Origin: a virus
Lineage: Duplodnaviria; Heunggongvirae; Uroviricota; Caudoviricetes
Reading direction: 5' to 3' (one strand)
DNA length: 4,944 nucleotides
IMG/VR virus record: IMGVR_UViG_2713896780_000003
Position numbers and translations under genes: made by a program. Of this stretch, positions 1 to 4,583 are shown in pieces; the first letter of the stretch is position 1; each line of letters begins with the position of its first letter. The notes below the pieces were generated by a model, which worked only from the letters and a program-made list of their open reading frames with translations, was not told the DNA's origin and did not search any database.

Positions 1-96
1 ACATACCAATAACTCTTGTCGAAAAAGCCAGCAAGTTGAAAGACCGGTATTAATAACCACCAGCGAATTTATTGCGCTGCTGTATATTACGGACAC

Positions 97-117
97 AAAA
101 AAACCACCTTCCGGTGG
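97..117 (-). terminator. Candidate rho-independent terminator downstream of the ORF6N-like gene
   Basis: On the minus strand the hairpin CCACC-GGAA-GGTGG (plus 104-117) is followed by seven T (plus 97-103 are A). The stem is only 5 bp. It lies about 100 nt after the gene stop at 217. Confidence 0.4.
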
Positions 118-216
118 CTTCCTTGTGCGAAAAAAACTTGCGTTTCGCCTCGCGATACAGCTTTGCGAAGCATACAGGAATTGAAGCAGTTTATGTGCAA
201 AAATGCAAGAACTTTT

Positions 217-845
217 TTAAAGCTGCATCAACCTTTCCACCAGTTTATCTCTGCGAACAACAAACCAACCATTGGCTCTCGCCAGTTCCAGCCATGACTC
301 AAGGGAAATAACAATATCATCATCCCGTAACTGAATTGTGGAAACAGTGACACCGCCTCTCTGATAACAGAGAACTCGCGTGTCGTAACTTTTCTGGCAT
401 GAAACTGGCGCTGACGGATCCTTTTGTCTGAAATAGCAGTCTTCCAGCTTTTCGAACACATCCCACGCCTGATCGGTTTCCAGCATTTTGGCATGACGGG
501 CTGCTCCGCGTTCTGTCCAGAGGATGAGGGAGCGGGCTTTCGGGGAAATTTGTAACCCTCTTAAAGATGGTTGCAAATTTTGTGAGTAGTTTAAAGCTAC
601 CCGCAAATTTTTCAGGGCATCGCCAGCCACTTTGAAAAAATGCTTTCCTTCAATAAAGCGCTCAGCATTTCTGGCGTAGTTATTTTGAATGTTCTTAACT
701 CCAGCACCGTACAACTGCGCCAAAAGTTCGGTGGTAATAACAGGAATCTGGTTATGGGTGATCGGGNNNNNNNNNNNNNNNNNNNNNNNNNNNNNNNNNN
801 NNNNNNNNNNNNNNNNAGAGTTTCAACAGAAATTTGAGTTGTCAT
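217..845 (-). CDS. ORF6N-domain antirepressor-like phage protein, interrupted by N-run 767-816
   Basis: ATG at 845..843 (MTTQISVET) is preceded by GAGGG about 8 nt upstream. After the N-run the open frame reads ...PITHNQIPVITTELLAQLYGAGVKNIQNNYARNAERFIEGKHFF...ILWTERGAARHAKMLETDQAWDVFEKL and stops with TAA at 219..217. The LYG...RN.ERF...LWTE.GA pattern matches my recollection of the ORF6N antirepressor-type domain. The frames either side of the N-run differ, so the true length is unknown. Confidence 0.55.
767..816. other. Masked or unknown sequence (50 N)
   Basis: Run of N characters inside the ORF6N-like gene. Confidence 0.95.
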
Positions 846-1005
846 AATGACGCCCTCTGGTGGTTTCTAAACCATCACCACCGTCAGGTTCCTAATCATC
901 GGGTGGTGAGACGTACAGGGTTAGGAACTACCGGGAAACCAACCGGCGAGCTTTTCAGCTCCCCCATACGCCCCACCATAATTCAGATGTGCGCGTGCAT
1001 ACGAC

Positions 1006-1030
1006 AATAAAAAACACGCTCGCGGCGTGT
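1006..1030 (-). terminator. tR'-like intrinsic terminator downstream of the late promoter
   Basis: Minus-strand transcript reads ACACGC-CGCGA-GCGTGT followed by TTTTTATT: a 6-bp stem (plus 1014-1019 paired with 1025-1030), 5-nt loop, U-tract from plus 1006-1013. Confidence 0.5.
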
Positions 1031-1086
1031 GTCTGTCGCGGTCTCTATCCGGGGTTCCTAATCCCGACGCCAGATTTTGCTGGCGC
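1008..1086 (-). ncRNA. Predicted short leader transcript from the pR'-like promoter to the tR'-like terminator (about 80 nt, lambda 6S-RNA-like)
   Basis: Inferred from promoter and terminator positions. It begins with hairpin CGCCAG-CAAAAT-CTGGCG (plus 1068-1085) and ends at the terminator. Start site is estimated, not observed. Confidence 0.3.
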
Positions 1087-1092
1087 GTGAGG

Positions 1093-1122
1093 AATATAGC
1101 CCCGGATAACAGATTGAGTCAA
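1093..1122 (-). promoter_or_regulatory. Sigma70 promoter, pR'-like late promoter overlapping the stop codon of the Q-like gene
   Basis: Minus strand reads TTGACT (plus 1122..1117) then 18 bp then TATATT (plus 1098..1093). The -35 overlaps the TGA stop at 1121..1119. The spacer contains CCCCGGATA. Confidence 0.5.
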
Positions 1123-1673
1123 CAGACAGTTTTTAAATACCCGGAAGAGAATGCATCACGCATCGGCAGATAGAGCATATATTCAGCAAGATTTAGCCAT
1201 ACATCTACCCGACTGCAGCACGTCCGAAAACACCACTCAGGGTGTGCATCATTTAGCAATTCAGCCATTTTGCGCTTACTCATCCCCCGCCCTTCATATC
1301 TTTGCCGGAGGATACAAATCAATCCTGGGTGTTCTGCCAGCACTTCACTAATCACCCGATCAATGCATAACGCCTCTGCATCAGTACAATGCACCAGCCA
1401 GCTTTTTTGCTTGCCGTTGATCATATCCCGCAAAAAAGCCTCAAGTTCAGGTTTGTCCAGACCTGCTTTTTTCATCCTCCGGAGCGCCTCATTAATTGCC
1501 GTTTTTGTTAGCTTTTTAGAGGTCAGCAACTGGTTAAACATATTTCCCGTCTTACCGCCGCCAATATACGACCAGCGCCCCCACATACGTAGTTTTCCCT
1601 GAATCCAGACACTTTCCAGCGTGGTGAGACGAAGGTGTTCTCCGCTTTTTCCTGTATTCGTTGGGTAAATCAT
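1119..1673 (-). CDS. Putative late-gene antiterminator, Q-like (184 aa); family assignment tentative
   Basis: ATG at 1673..1671 with AGGAGG 7 nt upstream; start overlaps the upstream stop as ATGA. The ORF track's longer version (from 1793) overlaps the upstream gene and lacks a ribosome-binding site. The call rests on position (after DUF1367/DUF1364-like nin genes, immediately before a strong promoter and short terminated leader) and on a WGRW motif near the N-terminus. Confidence 0.45.
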   Translation of the reverse strand: MIYPTNTGKSGEHLRLTTLESVWIQGKLRMWGRWSYIGGGKTGNMFNQLLTSKKLTKTAINEALRRMKKAGLDKPELEAFLRDMINGKQKSWLVHCTDAEALCIDRVISEVLAEHPGLICILRQRYEGRGMSKRKMAELLNDAHPEWCFRTCCSRVDVWLNLAEYMLYLPMRDAFSSGYLKTVC

Positions 1674-1960
1674 AAATATCCCTCCTTTCTCCAGATTTCT
1701 TGTGTGCGAAAAACACCTTCTGCATGCATCAGGCGTAATTCTTCTTTGGTGTAATCGCCGGTTTTTACCCGCCCGTCGATTAAATCGTGGCACGAGCTAC
1801 AGGCAATCGCTGCCTGCATATCGTGTGGCTTTATCGCTGTTCCGCACGTTCCCGCCAGTCGGTAATGCGCCAGCACAGACGTTTCGGGATTGTGATTGCA
1901 GTAGCCAGGGATTCTGACCTGGCACATCTGGCCCCGCGCTGCTTTACGTAAATCCACCAT
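1670..1960 (-). CDS. DUF1364 / YbcO-like small Cys-rich nin-region protein (96 aa)
   Basis: ATG at 1960..1958 with GGAG 8 nt upstream. Protein MVDLRKAARGQMCQVRIPGYCNHNPETSVLAH... with conserved Cys spacing resembles the YbcO-type prophage proteins as I recall them. Start shares a base with the upstream stop (TAATG). Confidence 0.55.
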   Translation of the reverse strand: MVDLRKAARGQMCQVRIPGYCNHNPETSVLAHYRLAGTCGTAIKPHDMQAAIACSSCHDLIDGRVKTGDYTKEELRLMHAEGVFRTQEIWRKEGYL

Positions 1961-2559
1961 TACGCAAACTCCAGCAGCTGCGCGGCCACATTTTCGACTT
2001 CCTCCAAAGAGGAGAATTTACGGAACAGGATCCAGTTCCACAGGACGTTAAGTACGGCTTTATAAACCTGTTGAAATTCAGTTTCGTCCATATTCGCAAA
2101 AGCAATGGACTTCGCCCGACGCCCGCGGCTACCGTCTGGATAAAAATGCTCGGTGTAGAAGCCGGCCTGAATGGTCACCCACTCGCGGAAAGCGTCAAAT
2201 GATTTGAGCAATGCCATATCCTGGGTTCTGCGTGTCGCAACGGTATTCAGATATTGTTCCGCGGCATCACTCAGAGCTGGCGTATGTTCCCTGCCTACTG
2301 ATTCACACAGGTAATCAACGAAGCCAAACACCATTTCTCGTTCGCGAGGTGTGATCGCCCCACCGATCGGAGTCCAGTAATCGAATCCGAGTTGCAGAAG
2401 TTTAAAAAAACGCTTATGGAATGCGTAGTTACGAACGCGCTTAAAATCAGCGTGTATCCACTCGCCTATTTTGATTTGATACAGAAAATCGCAACTCTCC
2501 GGCGTCGCCGGGAGAAGTAAACCAGAAGAAGTTTGTTTGACCAGTTGTATATGCGCCAT
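1960..2559 (-). CDS. DUF1367-like lambdoid nin-region protein (199 aa)
   Basis: ATG at 2559..2557 with GGAGA 7 nt upstream; uninterrupted 199-codon frame with even composition. The family name is from memory of prophage nin-region proteins, not a search. Confidence 0.5.
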   Translation of the reverse strand: MAHIQLVKQTSSGLLLPATPESCDFLYQIKIGEWIHADFKRVRNYAFHKRFFKLLQLGFDYWTPIGGAITPREREMVFGFVDYLCESVGREHTPALSDAAEQYLNTVATRRTQDMALLKSFDAFREWVTIQAGFYTEHFYPDGSRGRRAKSIAFANMDETEFQQVYKAVLNVLWNWILFRKFSSLEEVENVAAQLLEFA

Positions 2560-2630
2560 CGTAGTTCTCCGCTGGCGCAGTAGAATGGGTGTTCAGCCCG
2601 TTATGTAGTATACCAGAATTAATGCCAATA

Positions 2631-2843
2631 CTAACAGGATGCTCTGACTCGCAATTCATCCAGCAGTTTATCATTTCCCATAATGTCACTTACCCTCATC
2701 GGTAAAAAAATTGCCTTTCGACCATTACGATACATCATTGATTTTGGGGTTTCAGGGAAGTAATCCATTTCGACTATAACTGACAGGTCATCACGACGTA
2801 TGACTGCGTATTTGCAACTAAATAGTTTCTTTATTTTTTCCAC
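2631..2843 (-). CDS. Hypothetical small protein (70 aa) downstream of the AT-rich island
   Basis: Internal GTG at 2843..2841 is preceded by GGAGG (plus 2852..2848). The ORF track's GTG at 2882 has no ribosome-binding site. Product MEKIKKLFSCKYAVIRRDDLSVIVEMDYFPETPKSMMYRNGRKAIFLPMRVSDIMGNDKLLDELRVRASC (first residue from GTG); no family recognised. Confidence 0.4.
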   Translation of the reverse strand: MEKIKKLFSCKYAVIRRDDLSVIVEMDYFPETPKSMMYRNGRKAIFLPMRVSDIMGNDKLLDELRVRASC

Positions 2844-3028
2844 GATGCCTCCGAGTTTATAAGTACAAACGGTTATATCCACATAGAGACAAAAATATTA
2901 ATCTGAGAAATATTTATTTCACGCTGTATATTTGATTATTTAATGTGCAGGTACAATGACTTTTATTTTTTGTTGTGTATATAATCAAATATATGGTTAT
3001 TTTTCACCCTGCGCATTCAGCACGCAAC

Positions 3029-3051
3029 AAAAAACCCGCCGAAGCGGGTTT
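3029..3051 (-). terminator. Strong rho-independent terminator with UUCG tetraloop
   Basis: Minus-strand transcript reads AAACCCGC-UUCG-GCGGGUUU followed by UUU, giving six U after the GC stem. On the plus strand the same hairpin is followed by only TTTAG, so it mainly terminates minus-strand transcription. Confidence 0.6.
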
Positions 3052-3162
3052 AGTGCGGGTGCGTTGAGGATGCCTGACACATCAGAGGTGGCGGGAGATT
3101 ACTCCCNNNNNNNNNNNNNNNNNNNNNNNNNNNNNNNNNNNNNNNNNNNNNNNNNNCTTCAT
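3050..3162 (-). CDS. Small ORF with strong start signals, interior masked by N-run; 3' end uncertain
   Basis: ATG at 3162..3160 (MK...) is preceded by AAGGAG 9 nt upstream. Past the N-run one frame stays open to TAA at 3052..3050, directly abutting the terminator; the frame implied by a literal 50-nt gap stops earlier, near 3082. Confidence 0.25.
3107..3156. other. Masked or unknown sequence (50 N)
   Basis: Run of N characters inside a small minus-strand ORF. Confidence 0.95.
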
Positions 3163-3214
3163 AGCCTGCTTCTCCTTGCCTTTCGGCACGTAAGAGGCTA
3201 ACCTACGTGTGTAG

Positions 3215-3244
3215 AGCATAGATATGGCCTCAGATTAATGTTAA
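3215..3244 (-). promoter_or_regulatory. Candidate sigma70 promoter with operator-like repeats for the small ORF at 3162
   Basis: Minus strand reads TTAACA (plus 3244..3239) then 18 bp then TATGCT (plus 3220..3215). The -35 lies within one of two TAATGTTAA direct repeats (plus 3236-3244 and 3262-3270) that flank the imperfect palindrome GCGTCTTGCCGGACGC. Confidence 0.3.
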
Positions 3245-3356
3245 GCGTCTTGCCGGACGCGTAATGTTAACTGGGGCTTTTCTCTGTCTGCCTTACGGTG
3301 GCATGCCCGAGGCAGATAGCCTCAAGCACCCGCAGCAATTCTACTTAACTCTCGCT

Positions 3357-3449
3357 TTACCGCANNNNNNNNNNNNNNNNNNNNNNNNNNNNNNNNNNNN
3401 NNNNNNNNNNNNNNGCACCTTCCATTGCCAGTGAAATATCATCCGACAT
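3357..3449 (-). CDS. Small protein (about 30 aa if the gap is literal), interior masked by N-run
   Basis: ATG at 3449..3447 with AAGGAGG 4 nt upstream, reading MSDDISLAMEGA before the N-run. All three frames stop within 42 nt after the gap; the frame consistent with a 50-nt gap ends with TAA at 3359..3357. Confidence 0.35.
   Translation of the reverse strand: MSDDISLAMEGXXXXXXXXXXXXXXXXXXR
3365..3414. other. Masked or unknown sequence (50 N)
   Basis: Run of N characters inside a small minus-strand ORF. Confidence 0.95.
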
Positions 3450-3484
3450 ATTCCCTCCTTTGGTGTTAATCCCGGCGAACGTTT

Positions 3485-3568
3485 TTACCCCCACCGACAA
3501 ATAACATATACTAAAAAAGCGATAGCCATAGCAACGCCTGTAATTGCAAATGCTTCAGGCCAGTTCAT
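3485..3568 (-). CDS. 27-aa hydrophobic, probably membrane-spanning, peptide translationally coupled to the DUF551-like gene
   Basis: ATG at 3568..3566 overlaps the upstream TGA (ATGA), with AGGAGG 7 nt upstream. Product MNWPEAFAITGVAMAIAFLVYVICRWG has a roughly 18-residue hydrophobic core; TAA at 3487..3485. Absent from the ORF track because of its length. Confidence 0.45.
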   Translation of the reverse strand: MNWPEAFAITGVAMAIAFLVYVICRWG

Positions 3569-3918
3569 TGGCGCACCTCCTGCGGCGGTTCTGGTAGCGG
3601 CATCCAGTGTGTGGCTTCACACACGATGGGCGCACCGAAATACTGCGCATACTGGAAGTCACCCGTATTATCCAGGTTAAAACCTGTAAACTGTTCACCC
3701 GTGCTGGACACAAACAGTTGTACATCAACACCAACTGGCGGCATTCGCTCACTACAGCTTATCCAACCATCCGGAGTTACCGGAGAATTGCCAGCCTTGC
3801 GCATGGCAATCTCCATGATTTCAACCATATCTCCTGGTGGAATTTTACAATGCTGACCAATATGCCTCTGCTGCCTGGCATATTCGAGGATGTGCTCCAG
3901 CTTGATACGATTAATCAT
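3565..3918 (-). CDS. DUF551-like phage protein (117 aa)
   Basis: ATG at 3918..3916 with GGGAG 7 nt upstream. C-terminal region ...GWISCSERMPP...THWMPLPEPP matches my recollection of the DUF551 signature. Start overlaps the upstream stop (ATGA). Confidence 0.6.
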   Translation of the reverse strand: MINRIKLEHILEYARQQRHIGQHCKIPPGDMVEIMEIAMRKAGNSPVTPDGWISCSERMPPVGVDVQLFVSSTGEQFTGFNLDNTGDFQYAQYFGAPIVCEATHWMPLPEPPQEVRQ

Positions 3919-4205
3919 GATTTATCTCCCTGAAGCATGGCTTCGCGGCAGTCGTTCCAGCCTTCAGCATAATCACTATACGCAAGAGGCCAACCGTTTC
4001 TGTATTCACGCGGCAACTTATCAGGCACTACCAGCGCTGGCGGCGCGGAGAATAGTGGTTTAGGTGATATTTCCGCACGTTTTGCGTATGCTTCAACTGT
4101 GTCAGGGTTAAACAGGATTATGTTTTCACCGCATTCCCACGCTATCGGTTCTGCTTCCAGCGATGCCAGTGCAATTTTGAATAGCTCACCCTCTACCCTG
4201 GCCAT
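3915..4205 (-). CDS. Hypothetical phage protein (96 aa), mildly acidic
   Basis: Uninterrupted 96-codon frame from ATG at 4205..4203; first canonical start after an in-frame stop. Ribosome-binding site is weak. Its stop overlaps the next start. No family recognised. Confidence 0.5.
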   Translation of the reverse strand: MARVEGELFKIALASLEAEPIAWECGENIILFNPDTVEAYAKRAEISPKPLFSAPPALVVPDKLPREYRNGWPLAYSDYAEGWNDCREAMLQGDKS

Positions 4206-4296
4206 CTCTGAATTAGGGTAACAGTTCGCAACCGCTATTTTTAATTTGGCTTCTTCGATTAATTTCTCTTTTGGTTAATTCAGTCACTTTTCATTA

Positions 4297-4312
4297 CCGC
4301 CCTTTCGGGCGG
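4297..4312 (-). other. Intergenic GC-rich stem-loop with GNRA loop, flanked by a Shine-Dalgarno sequence and a 4-codon mini-ORF
   Basis: Minus strand reads TAA-tgtc-AGGAGG-CCGCCC-GAAA-GGGCGG-ta-ATG AAA AGT GAC TGA. No U-tract follows in either orientation, so it is not a classical terminator. Confidence 0.4.
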
Positions 4313-4322
4313 CCTCCTGACA

Positions 4323-4535
4323 TTAATCGTTGTGATAACTCATAGCTTCATTTGCAGCATCAACTGGATCAACATCCCACCAGCAATAATTTGGGTCGAC
4401 ACCTTCAGGTGTCCACGGCTCTAATTCATTTTTTGCCGCATTCTCGTCGCCAGTAATTTTAAAAATCTGCTCTGAGAACTTTTTCACCCACTCGTTATAT
4501 TTTTCAGCGTTAATAACTTTCTGTGCGTTTGACAT
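4323..4535 (-). CDS. Small acidic hypothetical protein (70 aa)
   Basis: ATG at 4535..4533 with a G-rich stretch (GGGGG) about 8 nt upstream; TAA at 4325..4323. Product MSNAQKVINAEKYNEWVKKFSEQIFKITGDENAAKNELEPWTPEGVDPNYCWWDVDPVDAANEAMSYHND has about 14 acidic versus 6 basic residues. Confidence 0.55.
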   Translation of the reverse strand: MSNAQKVINAEKYNEWVKKFSEQIFKITGDENAAKNELEPWTPEGVDPNYCWWDVDPVDAANEAMSYHND

Positions 4536-4583
4536 TGATATACCCCCGGTTAAGGATTAAATTTTTAACAGAGCTAAATTTAA

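Noticed and set aside
1-96. Possible start of a further minus-strand gene at the window edge (ATG at 4..2 with AAGAG upstream)
   Set aside because: Only one codon is visible inside the window, so it cannot be evaluated. It could be the start of a lysis gene, but that is unsupported here.
72-311. Plus-strand ORF of 79 aa
   Set aside because: It overlaps the 3' end of the minus-strand ORF6N-like gene and its terminator region, has no ribosome-binding site, and its product is low-complexity. Likely a chance antisense frame.
612-845. ORFs 612..845 (minus) and 640..837 (plus) spanning the N-run
   Set aside because: After the gap the minus-strand one continues in a frame that is not the long open frame; the plus-strand one is antisense. 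Both are artefacts of translating through N. Only the ATG at 845 was kept as the likely start.
846-1005. Independent promoter for the ORF6N-like gene
   Set aside because: Only poor -35/-10 combinations with wrong spacing were found. The region is instead full of short hairpins (for example GAGCT-GAAA-AGCTC at 948-961 and CACCACC / GGTGGTG at 876-908), consistent with a structured leader read through from pR'.
1046-1066. tRNA-like T-arm (CGGGG-TTCCTAA-TCCCG) suggesting a tRNA gene or tRNA-derived att site
   Set aside because: No acceptor, D or anticodon arms can be built around it and no CCA-compatible 3' end. The motif recurs as a repeat, so a regulatory repeat is the better explanation.
1119-1793. 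Longer 224-aa version of the Q-like ORF starting at 1793
   Set aside because: The extra N-terminal 40 codons overlap the DUF1364-like gene in another frame and have no ribosome-binding site. The internal ATG at 1673 has AGGAGG and an ATGA coupling junction.
1151-1917. Plus-strand ORFs 1151..1351, 1270..1602 and 1702..1917
   Set aside because: All are antisense to well-supported minus-strand genes (Q-like, DUF1364-like), lack ribosome-binding sites and give Ser/Pro/Leu-rich translations typical of shadow frames.
2447-2689. Minus-strand 80-aa ORF
   Set aside because: It overlaps the 5' end of the DUF1367-like gene in another frame and spans the intergenic region without start signals.
2843-2882. 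Upstream GTG start at 2882 for the small ORF after the AT-rich island
   Set aside because: No ribosome-binding site precedes it, whereas the internal GTG at 2843 is preceded by GGAGG. The shorter 70-aa version is preferred, at low confidence.
2956-3201. Plus-strand ORF spanning the N-run 3107-3156
   Set aside because: The frame runs through masked bases and through the bidirectional terminator hairpin; no start signals. Artefact of translating across N.
3555-3933. ORFs 3555..3752 (minus), 3607..3933 (plus) and 3611..3856 (plus)
   Set aside because: Alternative or antisense frames inside the DUF551-like gene, with no independent start signals.
4206-4296. AATTAA-containing repeats as a promoter for the 96-aa gene
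   Set aside because: Three AATTAA-like copies at irregular 16-18 bp spacing in an AT-rich linker, with no acceptable -35/-10 pair. Probably compositional.
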